A DNA stretch of 64,000 nt from Escherichia coli. Its GTDB lineage: Bacteria > Pseudomonadota > Gammaproteobacteria > Enterobacterales > Enterobacteriaceae. The notes beneath the pieces were generated by a model. That model saw only the letters and a program-made list of their open reading frames with translations. It was not told the DNA's origin and searched no databases. The translations under genes and the position numbers were made by a program. The stretch lies in assembly GCF_003334315.1 (NCBI RefSeq), contig NZ_QOWR01000005.1; one strand, given 5' to 3'. The first letter of the stretch is position 1. Each line of letters starts with the position of its first letter. Below are positions 46,012-56,235 of the stretch, piece after piece.

Positions 46012-46347
46012 ATGGATAAAGAACGCATCATTCAGGAATTTGTGCCCGGCAAACAGGTCACGCTGGCGCATCTCATCGCGCATCCCGGCGAGGAACTGGC
46101 GAAGAAAATCGGCGTTCCGGATGCTGGCGCAATCGGCATTATGACGCTAACTCCCGGCGAAACGGCGATGATCGCCGGTGATTTAGCATTGAAAGCCGCT
46201 GATGTGCATATCGGTTTTCTCGACCGTTTTAGCGGCGCGCTGGTGATTTATGGCTCGGTGGGTGCAGTAGAAGAAGCGTTATCACAAACCGTCAGTGGTT
46301 TAGGTCGCTTATTAAATTATACGCTTTGTGAAATGACCAAAAGTTAA
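46012..46347 (+). CDS. eutS: BMC shell protein EutS
   Basis: 111 codons from ATG 46012: [50 protein letters not shown]... Confidence 0.92.
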
Positions 46348-46359
46348 TACGAGGCATTC

Positions 46360-46839
46360 ATGAAACGAATTGCGTTTGTGGGTACCGTCGGGGCAGGGAA
46401 AACAACGTTATTTAATGCGTTGCAGGGGAATTATACCCTCGCCAGAAAAACACAGGTCGTGGAATTTAATGATAAGGGCGATATTGATACGCCGGGTGAA
46501 TATTTTAGCCATCCCCGCTGGTATCACGCCTTAATTACCACGCTACAGGATGTGGACATGCTGATCTATGTCCACGGCGCGAATGACCCGGAAAGTCGGT
46601 TGCCTGCCGGGTTGCTGGATATTGGCGTCAGCAAACGGCAAATCGCCGTTATCAGTAAAACGGACATGCCGGATGCTGACGTCGCCGCAACGCGAAAGTT
46701 ATTGCTTGAGACGGGCTTCGAAGAGCCGATTTTCGAGCTAAACAGCCACGACCCGCAAAGCGTGCAGCAACTGGTGGATTATCTGGCATCTCTCACCAAA
46801 CAGGAGGAAGCAGGTGAAAAAACTCATCACAGCGAATGA
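46360..46839 (+). CDS. eutP: EutP acetate-kinase-type GTPase/ATPase
   Basis: 159-codon ORF MKRIAFVGTVGAGKTTLFNALQG... (P-loop GAGKTT). Confidence 0.92.
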   Translation: MKRIAFVGTVGAGKTTLFNALQGNYTLARKTQVVEFNDKGDIDTPGEYFSHPRWYHALITTLQDVDMLIYVHGANDPESRLPAGLLDIGVSKRQIAVISKTDMPDADVAATRKLLLETGFEEPIFELNSHDPQSVQQLVDYLASLTKQEEAGEKTHHSE

Positions 46840-47503
46840 TATTCGTGAAGCACACGCGCGCGGCGAACAGGCAATGTCCGTGGTTCTGCGCGCCAGCATT
46901 ATTACCCCGGAAGCCCGTGAAGTGGCAGATCTGTTGGGTTTTACCATCACCGAATGCGAGGAATCGACACCAGCAACGGTATCTGTGCCCGTAGAGAAAA
47001 CCGAAAGCCAGCGTATCCGCGAAACCATTATCGCCCAGCTACCGGAAGGCCAGTTTACCGAAAGCCTGGTCGCGCAGCTGATGGAAAAAGTGATGAAGGA
47101 AAAACAGTCGCTGGAGCAGGGCGCAATGCAGCCGAGCTTCAAATCGGTGACCGGCAAAGGCGGCATCAAAGTGATTGATGGCAGTAGCGTCAAGTTTGGT
47201 CGTTTCGATGGCGCACAGCCACACTGCGTCGGATTAACGGATTTGGTTACCGGAGACGACGGCAGCAGCATGGCCGCCGGTTTTATGCAGTGGGACAACG
47301 CCTTCTTCCCGTGGACCCTGAACTACGACGAAATCGACATGGTGCTGGAAGGGGAGCTGCATGTTCGCCACGAAGGCGAAACCATGATCGCCAAAGCAGG
47401 CGACGTGATGTTTATCCCGAAAGGCTCCAGCATCGAATTTGGTACGACATCCAGCGTGAAATTCCTGTATGTCGCCTGGCCAGCTAACTGGCAATCCCTA
47501 TGA
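46814..47503 (+). CDS. eutQ: EutQ (cupin-fold acetate kinase)
   Basis: 229-codon ORF from GTG 46814 (MKKLITANDIREAHARGEQAMSVVLRASIITPEAREV...), overlapping eutP 3' end by 26 nt; exact start uncertain. Confidence 0.88.
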   Translation: MKKLITANDIREAHARGEQAMSVVLRASIITPEAREVADLLGFTITECEESTPATVSVPVEKTESQRIRETIIAQLPEGQFTESLVAQLMEKVMKEKQSLEQGAMQPSFKSVTGKGGIKVIDGSSVKFGRFDGAQPHCVGLTDLVTGDDGSSMAAGFMQWDNAFFPWTLNYDEIDMVLEGELHVRHEGETMIAKAGDVMFIPKGSSIEFGTTSSVKFLYVAWPANWQSL

Positions 47504-48303
47504 AAGATTTCATCACCGAAGCATGGCTAAGAGCGAACCATACGCTCAGCGAAGGCGCAGAGATCCATCTTCCTGCGCACAGTCGCCTGACGCCCTCTGC
47601 CCGGGAGTTACTGGAAAGCCGCCATCTGCGCATCAAGTTTATTGACGAGCAGGGCAGCCTGTTTGTTGACGATGAACAGCAGCAGCCACAGCCCGTTCAC
47701 GGGCTGACCAGTAGCGATGAACATCCGCAGGCGTGCTGCGAACTGTGCCGCCAGCCGGTGGCAAAAAAGCCGGATACGCTGACTCACCTGTCGGCGGAAA
47801 AAATGGTCGCCAAAAGCGATCCGCGTCTGGGTTTTCGCGCGGTTCTCGACAGCACCATTGCGCTGGCAGTGTGGCTGCAAATTGAACTGGCGGAACCGTG
47901 GCAGCCGTGGCTGGCGGATATCCGTTCGCGTCTTGGCAACATTATGCGTGCCGATGCGCTGGGGGAACCGCTGGGCTGCCAGGCGATTGTCGGGCTTTCT
48001 GACGAAGATCTGCATCGGCTTTCTCATCAGCCGCTGCGCTATCTCGACCACGATCATCTGGTGCCGGAAGCCAGCCACGGGCGCGATGCTGCGTTGCTCA
48101 ATCTGCTACGCACCAAAGTGCGGGAAACCGAAACCGTAGCGGCGCAGGTGTTTATAACCCGCAGTTTTGAAGTATTACGCCCGGACATTTTGCAGGCACT
48201 GAACCGCCTTTCGAGCACGGTCTACGTGATGATGATCCTGAGCGTAACGAAGCAGCCGCTAACGGTGAAGCAGATCCAACAACGACTGGGGGAAACGCAA
48301 TGA
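47500..48303 (+). CDS. eutT: EutT corrinoid adenosyltransferase
   Basis: 267-codon [50 protein letters not shown]...; ATGA overlap with eutQ. Confidence 0.92.
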
Positions 48304-49316
48304 TTATTGAACGTTGTCGTGAACTGGCGTTGCGAGCGCCCGCCAGAGTGGTTTTTCCGGATGCGTTAGATCAACGTGTGCTGAAAGCTGCGCAATATTT
48401 ACATCAACAAGGTCTGGCAACGCCCATTCTGGTCGCCAATCCGTTTGAACTTCGTCAGTTTGCGCTCAGTCATGGCGTAGCGATGGACGGGCTACAGGTT
48501 ATTGATCCGCATGGCAACCTCGCAATGCGGGAAGAATTTGCTCATCGCTGGCTGGCCCGCGCGGGCGAAAAAACGCCGCCGGATGCGCTGGAAAAACTTA
48601 CCGATCCGCTGATGTTCGCCGCAGCAATGGTCAGCGCCGGTAAAGCGGATGTCTGTATCGCGGGCAACCTCTCTTCCACGGCGAATGTGCTGCGTGCCGG
48701 ATTACGCATTATCGGCTTGCAGCCAGGCTGTAAAACGCTCTCTTCCATTTTCCTGATGTTGCCACAGTACAGCGGCCCGGCGTTGGGCTTTGCCGATTGC
48801 AGCGTGGTGCCACAGCCGACGGCGGCGCAACTGGCGGATATCGCGCTTGCCAGTGCCGAAACCTGGCGCGCCATCACCGGAGAAGAGCCGCGCGTGGCGA
48901 TGCTGTCGTTTTCCAGCAATGGTAGCGCCCGTCACCCCTGTGTTGCTAACGTCCAGCAGGCGACAGAAATCGTCCGTGAGCGCGCACCAAAGCTGGTGGT
49001 GGATGGCGAGTTACAGTTTGACGCCGCCTTCGTGCCGGAAGTGGCGGCGCAAAAAGCGCCTGCCAGCCCGCTACAGGGCAAGGCCAATGTGATGGTTTTT
49101 CCGTCGCTGGAAGCCGGAAATATTGGTTACAAAATCGCACAACGACTCGGCGGATATCGTGCCGTCGGGCCACTGATACAAGGACTTGCCGCGCCGATGC
49201 ACGATCTCTCTCGTGGTTGTAGCGTGCAGGAAATTATCGAGCTGGCGCTGGTGGCAGCTGTGCCGCGTCAGACAGAAGTGAACCGCGAAAGCAGTTTACA
49301 AACACTGGTTGAATGA
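48300..49316 (+). CDS. eutD: phosphotransacetylase EutD (EutI)
   Basis: 338-codon [51 protein letters not shown]...; ATGA overlap with eutT. Confidence 0.94.
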
Positions 49317-49354
49317 ACGGTCCCGTTCTGGACCCTGATAAAGAGGAAAGCACA

Positions 49355-49648
49355 ATGGAAGCATTAGGAATGATCGAAACCCGGGGCCTGGTTGCACTGA
49401 TTGAGGCTTCTGACGCGATGGTGAAAGCTGCGCGCGTCAAGCTGGTTGGTGTTAAGCAGATTGGCGGCGGCCTGTGTACTGCCATGGTTCGTGGTGATGT
49501 TGCAGCCTGTAAAGCCGCGACCGATGCAGGTGCCGCAGCGGCACAGCGTATCGGCGAGCTGGTATCTGTACACGTTATCCCGCGTCCGCACGGCGACCTG
49601 GAAGAAGTCTTCCCGATCGGCCTGAAAGGCGATAGCAGCAACCTGTAA
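49355..49648 (+). CDS. eutM: BMC major shell protein EutM
   Basis: 97 codons from ATG 49355: [49 protein letters not shown]...; SD aagagg upstream. Confidence 0.95.
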   Translation: MEALGMIETRGLVALIEASDAMVKAARVKLVGVKQIGGGLCTAMVRGDVAACKAATDAGAAAAQRIGELVSVHVIPRPHGDLEEVFPIGLKGDSSNL

Positions 49649-49754
49649 TCACCCTGTGTGACGTCGATTCGGGCGTCACGCTCTCTCCTTTTTCATTTTA
49701 CCTTCTGCGGAGGGTAGGGGGAGCTTTTACCTGAAATACGCCACGGAGGCGGGT

Positions 49755-50042
49755 ATGAAACTGGCAGTCGTCACTGGACAAATTGTTTGTACCGTACGCC
49801 ATCACGGACTGGCGCATGACAAATTGCTGATGGTGGAAATGATTGATCCACAAGGTAATCCTGACGGGCAATGCGCCGTCGCCATCGACAATATTGGCGC
49901 GGGAACCGGGGAGTGGGTGTTACTGGTGAGTGGCAGTTCCGCCCGCCAGGCGCATAAAAGCGAAACGTCACCGGTCGATCTGTGCGTGATTGGCATTGTC
50001 GATGAGGTGGTGTCTGGCGGTCAGGTAATTTTCCACAAATAA
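49755..50042 (+). CDS. eutN: BMC vertex protein EutN
   Basis: 95-codon ORF MKLAVVTGQIVCTVRHHGLAHDKLLMVEMIDPQGNPDGQCAVAIDNIGAG... Confidence 0.94.
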   Translation: MKLAVVTGQIVCTVRHHGLAHDKLLMVEMIDPQGNPDGQCAVAIDNIGAGTGEWVLLVSGSSARQAHKSETSPVDLCVIGIVDEVVSGGQVIFHK

Positions 50043-50053
50043 GGCAGAACATC

Positions 50054-51457
50054 ATGAATCAACAGGATATTGAACAGGTGGTGAAAGCGGTACTGCTGAA
50101 AATGCAAAGCAGTGACACGCCGTCCGCCGCCGTTCATGAGATGGGCGTTTTCGCGTCCCTGGATGACGCCGTTGCGGCAGCCAAAGTCGCCCAGCAAGGG
50201 TTAAAAAGCGTGGCATTGCGCCAGTTAGCCATTGCTGCCATTCGTGAAGCAGGCGAAAAACACGCCAGAGATTTAGCGGAACTTGCCGTCAGTGAAACCG
50301 GCATGGGGCGCGTTGAAGATAAATTTGCAAAAAACGTCGCTCAGGCGCGCGGCACACCAGGCGTTGAGTGCCTCTCTCCGCAAGTGCTGACTGGCGACAA
50401 CGGCCTGACCCTAATTGAAAACGCACCCTGGGGCGTGGTGGCTTCGGTGACGCCTTCCACTAACCCGGCGGCAACCGTAATTAACAACGCCATCAGCCTG
50501 ATTGCCGCGGGCAACAGCGTCATTTTTGCCCCGCATCCGGCGGCGAAAAAAGTCTCCCAGCGGGCGATTACGCTGCTCAACCAGGCGATTGTTGCCGCAG
50601 GTGGGCCGGAAAACTTACTGGTTACTGTGGCAAATCCGGATATCGAAACCGCGCAACGCTTGTTCAAGTTTCCGGGTATCGGCCTGCTGGTGGTAACCGG
50701 CGGCGAAGCGGTAGTAGAAGCGGCGCGTAAACACACCAATAAACGTCTGATTGCCGCAGGCGCTGGCAACCCGCCGGTAGTGGTGGATGAAACCGCCGAC
50801 CTCGCCCGTGCCGCTCAGTCCATCGTCAAAGGCGCTTCTTTCGATAACAACATCATTTGTGCCGACGAAAAGGTACTGATTGTTGTTGATAGCGTAGCCG
50901 ATGAACTGATGCGTCTGATGGAAGGCCAGCACGCGGTGAAACTGACCGCAGAACAGGCGCAGCAGCTGCAACCGGTGTTGCTGAAAAATATCGACGAGCG
51001 CGGAAAAGGCACCGTCAGCCGTGACTGGGTTGGTCGCGACGCAGGCAAAATCGCGGCGGCAATCGGCCTTAAAGTTCCGCAAGAAACGCGCCTGCTGTTT
51101 GTGGAAACCACCGCAGAACATCCGTTTGCCGTGACTGAACTGATGATGCCGGTGTTGCCCGTCGTGCGCGTCGCCAACGTGGCGGATGCCATTGCGCTAG
51201 CGGTGAAACTGGAAGGCGGTTGCCACCACACGGCGGCAATGCACTCGCGCAACATCGAAAACATGAACCAGATGGCGAATGCTATTGATACCAGCATTTT
51301 CGTTAAGAACGGACCGTGCATTGCCGGGCTGGGGCTGGGCGGGGAAGGCTGGACCACCATGACCATCACCACGCCAACCGGTGAAGGGGTAACCAGCGCG
51401 CGTACGTTTGTCCGTCTGCGTCGCTGTGTATTAGTCGATGCGTTTCGCATTGTTTAA
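50054..51457 (+). CDS. eutE: acetaldehyde dehydrogenase (acetylating) EutE
   Basis: 467-codon ORF MNQQDIEQVVKAVLLKMQSSDTPSAAVHEMGVFASLDDAVAAAKVAQQGL... Confidence 0.95.
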   Translation: MNQQDIEQVVKAVLLKMQSSDTPSAAVHEMGVFASLDDAVAAAKVAQQGLKSVALRQLAIAAIREAGEKHARDLAELAVSETGMGRVEDKFAKNVAQARGTPGVECLSPQVLTGDNGLTLIENAPWGVVASVTPSTNPAATVINNAISLIAAGNSVIFAPHPAAKKVSQRAITLLNQAIVAAGGPENLLVTVANPDIETAQRLFKFPGIGLLVVTGGEAVVEAARKHTNKRLIAAGAGNPPVVVDETADLARAAQSIVKGASFDNNIICADEKVLIVVDSVADELMRLMEGQHAVKLTAEQAQQLQPVLLKNIDERGKGTVSRDWVGRDAGKIAAAIGLKVPQETRLLFVETTAEHPFAVTELMMPVLPVVRVANVADAIALAVKLEGGCHHTAAMHSRNIENMNQMANAIDTSIFVKNGPCIAGLGLGGEGWTTMTITTPTGEGVTSARTFVRLRRCVLVDAFRIV

Positions 51458-51467
51458 GGAGTAACAG

Positions 51468-52304
51468 ATGGCGCACGACGAACAATGGCTCACCCCACGT
51501 CTGCAAACGGCGGCAACGCTGTGTAACCAGACGCCCGCCGCGACGGAATCTCCGCTGTGGCTGGGGGTGGATCTGGGCACCTGCGATGTGGTGTCGATGG
51601 TTGTCGACCGCGACGGTCAGCCAGTGGCGGTATGCCTCGACTGGGCCGATGTGGTTCGCGACGGCATCGTCTGGGATTTCTTCGGCGCTGTCACCATTGT
51701 TCGTCGCCATCTCGACACGCTCGAGCAGCAATTCGGTCGTCGTTTTAGCCATGCGGCGACTTCATTTCCTCCAGGTACGGACCCGCGTATTTCCATCAAC
51801 GTGCTGGAATCTGCCGGACTGGAAGTGAGCCATGTGCTGGATGAGCCAACCGCAGTTGCGGATCTGCTGCAACTGGACAACGCCGGTGTAGTGGATATCG
51901 GCGGCGGCACTACCGGCATTGCCATCGTGAAAAAGGGCAAGGTGACGTACTCGGCGGATGAAGCCACCGGCGGACATCACATCTCTCTGACTCTCGCCGG
52001 AAATCGCCGTATTTCGCTGGAAGAGGCGGAGCAGTACAAGCGCGGTCACGGTGAAGAGATTTGGCCTGCGGTGAAACCGGTGTACGAAAAAATGGCGGAC
52101 ATTGTCGCCCGGCATATTGAAGGGCAGGGCATTACTGATTTATGGCTGGCGGGCGGCTCTTGTTTGCAACCGGGCGTGGCGGAACTGTTTCGCAAACAAT
52201 TCCCGGCGTTACAGGTGCATTTACCGCAGCACAGTTTGTTTATGACCCCGCTGGCGATCGCCAGTAGTGGGCGAGAGAAAGCGGAGGGGCTATATGCAAA
52301 ATGA
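51468..52304 (+). CDS. eutJ: EutJ (DnaK/actin-fold chaperone-like)
   Basis: 278-codon ORF MAHDEQWLTPRLQTAATLCNQTPAATESPLWLGVDLGTCDVVSMVV... Confidence 0.93.
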   Translation: MAHDEQWLTPRLQTAATLCNQTPAATESPLWLGVDLGTCDVVSMVVDRDGQPVAVCLDWADVVRDGIVWDFFGAVTIVRRHLDTLEQQFGRRFSHAATSFPPGTDPRISINVLESAGLEVSHVLDEPTAVADLLQLDNAGVVDIGGGTTGIAIVKKGKVTYSADEATGGHHISLTLAGNRRISLEEAEQYKRGHGEEIWPAVKPVYEKMADIVARHIEGQGITDLWLAGGSCLQPGVAELFRKQFPALQVHLPQHSLFMTPLAIASSGREKAEGLYAK

Positions 52305-53481
52305 ATTGCAGACCGCGCTCTTTCAGGCGTTCGATACCCTGAATCTGCAACGGGTAAAAACATTTAGCGTTCCACCGGTGACGCTTTGCGGTCCGGGCGC
52401 GGTGAGCAGTTGCGGGCAGCAAGCGCATACGCGTGGGCTGAAACATCTGTTCGTGATGGCAGACAGCTTTTTGCATCAGGCGGGGATGACCGCCGGGCTG
52501 ACGCGCAGCCTGGCTGTTAAAGGCATCGCCATGACGCTCTGGCCATGTCCGGTGGGCGAACCGTGCATTACCGACGTGTGTGCAGCCGTGGCGCAGTTGC
52601 GTGAGTCAGGCTGTGATGGGGTGATCGCATTTGGCGGCGGCTCGGTGCTGGATGCGGCGAAAGCCGTGGCGTTGCTGGTGACGAACCCCGATAGCACGCT
52701 GGCAGAGATGTCAGAAACCAGCGTTCTGCAACCGCGCTTGCCGCTGATTGCTATTCCAACGACCGCCGGAACCGGCTCTGAAACCACCAATGTAACGGTG
52801 ATTATCGACGCGGTGAGCGGGCGCAAGCAGGTGTTAGCCCATGCCTCGCTGATGCCGGATGTGGCGATCCTCGACGCCGCATTGACCGAAGGTGTGCCGT
52901 CGCATGTCACGGCGATGACCGGCATTGATGCGTTAACCCATGCCATTGAAGCATACAGCGCCCTGAACGCTACACCGTTTACCGACAGCCTGGCGATTGG
53001 TGCCATTGCGATGATTGGCAAATCGCTGCCGAAAGCGGTGGGCTACGGTCACGACCTTGCCGCGCGCGAGAGCATGTTACTGGCTTCATGTATGGCGGGA
53101 ATGGCGTTTTCCAGTGCGGGTCTTGGGTTGTGCCACGCGATGGCGCATCAGCCGGGCGCGGCGCTGCATATTCCGCACGGTCTCGCGAACGCCATGTTGC
53201 TGCCAACGGTGATGGAATTTAACCGGATGGTTTGTCGTGAACGCTTTAGTCAGATTGGTCGGGCACTGCGAACTAAAAAATCCGACGATCGTGACGCTAT
53301 TAACGCGGTAAGTGAGCTGATTGCGGAAGTTGGGATTGGTAAACGACTGGGCGATGTTGGTGCGACATCTGCGCATTACGGCGCATGGGCGCAGGCCGCG
53401 CTGGAAGATATTTGTCTGCGCAGTAACCCGCGTACCGCCAGCCTGGAGCAGATTGTCGGCCTGTACGCAGCGGCGCAATAA
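52294..53481 (+). CDS. eutG: iron-containing alcohol dehydrogenase EutG
   Basis: 395 codons from ATG 52294: MQNELQTALFQAFDTLNLQRVKTFSVPPVTLCGPGAVSSCGQQ...; overlaps eutJ end by 11 nt. Confidence 0.93.
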   Translation: MQNELQTALFQAFDTLNLQRVKTFSVPPVTLCGPGAVSSCGQQAHTRGLKHLFVMADSFLHQAGMTAGLTRSLAVKGIAMTLWPCPVGEPCITDVCAAVAQLRESGCDGVIAFGGGSVLDAAKAVALLVTNPDSTLAEMSETSVLQPRLPLIAIPTTAGTGSETTNVTVIIDAVSGRKQVLAHASLMPDVAILDAALTEGVPSHVTAMTGIDALTHAIEAYSALNATPFTDSLAIGAIAMIGKSLPKAVGYGHDLAARESMLLASCMAGMAFSSAGLGLCHAMAHQPGAALHIPHGLANAMLLPTVMEFNRMVCRERFSQIGRALRTKKSDDRDAINAVSELIAEVGIGKRLGDVGATSAHYGAWAQAALEDICLRSNPRTASLEQIVGLYAAAQ

Positions 53482-53483
53482 AT

Positions 53484-53567
<84 letters not shown>

Positions 53568-53597
53568 ATAAATAACAACTAACAGGGAGTAAAGGCG

Positions 53598-54824
53598 ATG
53601 GGAATTAACGAAATCATCATGTACATCATGATGTTCTTTATGCTGATAGCTGCCGTAGACAGGATCCTGTCGCAGTTCGGCGGTTCTGCTCGTTTCCTCG
53701 GTAAGTTCGGTAAAAGTATCGAAGGATCAGGCGGTCAGTTCGAAGAAGGCTTTATGGCAATGGGCGCACTGGGCCTGGCGATGGTCGGTATGACCGCGCT
53801 GGCACCGGTACTGGCTCACGTTCTCGGGCCGGTAATTATTCCGGTTTACGAAATGCTCGGCGCTAACCCATCGATGTTCGCCGGAACACTGCTGGCGTGC
53901 GATATGGGCGGCTTCTTCCTCGCCAAAGAGCTGGCGGGCGGCGACGTAGCCGCGTGGCTATACTCTGGGTTAATTCTCGGGTCGATGATGGGGCCAACGA
54001 TTGTGTTTTCCATTCCGGTGGCGCTCGGCATTATCGAACCTTCTGACCGTCGTTATCTGGCGCTCGGCGTGCTGGCGGGCATTGTGACCATTCCGATTGG
54101 TTGTATCGCTGGTGGTCTGGTTGCTATGTACTCCGGTGTGCAGATCAACGGCCAGCCGGTGGAATTCACTTTCGCCCTGATCCTGATGAACATGATCCCG
54201 GTGATCATTGTTGCGATTCTGGTGGCGCTGGGGCTGAAATTCATCCCGGAAAAAATGATCAACGGCTTCCAGATCTTCGCCAAATTCCTCGTTGCATTGA
54301 TCACCCTCGGTCTTGCCGCTGCGGTAGTGAAATTCCTGCTTGGCTGGGAACTGATCCCCGGTCTGGATCCTATCTTTATGGCCCCTGGCGATAAACCCGG
54401 TAAGGTGATGCGCGCCATTGAAGTTATCGGTTCTATCTCCTGCGTTCTGTTAGGGGCGTATCCGATGGTGCTGCTGCTGACTCGCTGGTTTGAAAAACCG
54501 CTGATGAGCGTCGGTAAAGTACTGAATATGAACAACATCGCGGCAGCCGGCATGGTGGCAACGCTTGCCAACAACATCCCGATGTTCGGCATGATGAAGC
54601 AGATGGATACCCGCGGCAAAGTCATCAACTGCGCCTTCGCCGTTTCCGCTGCTTTCGCCCTGGGCGACCACTTAGGCTTCGCCGCTGCCAACATGAACGC
54701 CATGATCTTCCCGATGATTGTCGGCAAGTTGATCGGCGGCGTAACGGCGATTGGCGTGGCGATGATGCTGGTGCCAAAAGAAGACGCGACCGCGACTAAA
54801 ACCGAAGCGGAGGCACAATCGTGA
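53598..54824 (+). CDS. eutH: ethanolamine permease/facilitator EutH
   Basis: 408-codon ORF MGINEIIMYIMMFFMLIAAVDRILSQFGGSARFLGKFGKSIEG..., polytopic. Confidence 0.95.
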   Translation: MGINEIIMYIMMFFMLIAAVDRILSQFGGSARFLGKFGKSIEGSGGQFEEGFMAMGALGLAMVGMTALAPVLAHVLGPVIIPVYEMLGANPSMFAGTLLACDMGGFFLAKELAGGDVAAWLYSGLILGSMMGPTIVFSIPVALGIIEPSDRRYLALGVLAGIVTIPIGCIAGGLVAMYSGVQINGQPVEFTFALILMNMIPVIIVAILVALGLKFIPEKMINGFQIFAKFLVALITLGLAAAVVKFLLGWELIPGLDPIFMAPGDKPGKVMRAIEVIGSISCVLLGAYPMVLLLTRWFEKPLMSVGKVLNMNNIAAAGMVATLANNIPMFGMMKQMDTRGKVINCAFAVSAAFALGDHLGFAAANMNAMIFPMIVGKLIGGVTAIGVAMMLVPKEDATATKTEAEAQS

Positions 54825-56224
54825 ACACTCGCCAGCTATTGAGCGTCGGTATCGATATCGGCACCACCACCACCCAGGTGATTTTCTCCCGGCTGGAGCT
54901 GGTTAACCGTGCGGCGGTGTCGCAGGTGCCGCGCTACGAATTCATTAAACGCGAAATTAGCTGGCAAAGTCCGGTGTTCTTTACCCCTGTCGATAAACAG
55001 GGCGGTTTAAAAGAAGCGGAACTGAAAACCTTAATACTCGAGCAATATCATGCTGCGGGTATTGAGCCGGAAAGCGTTGATTCTGGTGCCATCATCATCA
55101 CCGGTGAAAGCGCGAAAACCCGCAATGCTCGCCCGGCGGTGATGGCGCTCTCTCAGTCGCTGGGCGATTTTGTCGTTGCCAGCGCCGGGCCGCACCTCGA
55201 ATCCGTGATCGCCGGTCACGGAGCCGGGGCACAAACCCTTTCTGAACAACGGCTGTGTCGGGTACTGAATATCGACATCGGCGGTGGCACCGCGAACTAC
55301 GCCCTGTTCGATGCCGGAAAAATCAGCGGCACTGCCTGCCTCAACGTCGGTGGTCGCCTGCTGGAAACCGACAGCCACGGGCGCGTGGTTTACGCTCATA
55401 AACCGGGGCAGATGATTGTGGATGAGTGCTTCGGTGCAGGCACTGACGCCCGTTCGCTGACCGGCGCGCAGCTGGTGCAGGTTACCCGGCGGATGGCGGC
55501 GCTGATTGTCGAAGTGATTGACGGAACGCTTTCGCCGCTCGCGCAGGCATTGATGCAAACCGGTTTGCTGCCCGCAGGTGTTACGCCCGAAATCATTACG
55601 CTTTCTGGAGGCGTGGGCGAATGTTATCGCCACCAGCCCGCCGACCCGTTCTGTTTTGCCGATATTGGCCCACTTCTGGCAACGGCGCTGCATGACCATC
55701 CGCGCCTGCGTGAGATGAATGTGCAGTTTCTGGCGCAAACCGTACGCGCCACGGTGATTGGCGCGGGTGCACATACCCTTTCGCTCTCTGGCAGCACAAT
55801 CTGGCTGGAGGGCGTACAACTGCCGCTGCGCAATTTGCCGGTGGCGATCCCGATTGATGAAACGGATCTGGTGAGTGCCTGGCAACAGGCGCTGCTTCAG
55901 CTGGATCTTGATCCCAAAACTGACGCGTACGTGCTGGCGCTTCCCGCCTCGCTGCCTGTGCGTTACGCCGCGGTACTGACGGTCATCAACGCGCTGGTCG
56001 ATTTCGTCGCGCGTTTTCCGAATCCGCATCCCCTGCTGGTGGTGGCCGGGCAGGACTTTGGTAAAGCTCTGGGCATGTTGTTGCGCCCACAGCTACAACA
56101 ACTCCCGTTGGCAGTCATTGACGAAGTGATTGTCCGCGCGGGGGACTATATCGACATTGGTACGCCTCTTTTTGGCGGATCGGTTGTGCCGGTGACGGTG
56201 AAATCACTCGCATTTCCTTCCTGA
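54821..56224 (+). CDS. eutA: ethanolamine ammonia-lyase reactivase EutA
   Basis: 467-codon ORF MNTRQLLSVGIDIGTTTTQVIFSRLELVNRAAVSQVPRYEFIKREISW...; GTGA overlap with eutH. Confidence 0.95.
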   Translation: MNTRQLLSVGIDIGTTTTQVIFSRLELVNRAAVSQVPRYEFIKREISWQSPVFFTPVDKQGGLKEAELKTLILEQYHAAGIEPESVDSGAIIITGESAKTRNARPAVMALSQSLGDFVVASAGPHLESVIAGHGAGAQTLSEQRLCRVLNIDIGGGTANYALFDAGKISGTACLNVGGRLLETDSHGRVVYAHKPGQMIVDECFGAGTDARSLTGAQLVQVTRRMAALIVEVIDGTLSPLAQALMQTGLLPAGVTPEIITLSGGVGECYRHQPADPFCFADIGPLLATALHDHPRLREMNVQFLAQTVRATVIGAGAHTLSLSGSTIWLEGVQLPLRNLPVAIPIDETDLVSAWQQALLQLDLDPKTDAYVLALPASLPVRYAAVLTVINALVDFVARFPNPHPLLVVAGQDFGKALGMLLRPQLQQLPLAVIDEVIVRAGDYIDIGTPLFGGSVVPVTVKSLAFPS

Positions 56225-56235
56225 GGGAACGACTT

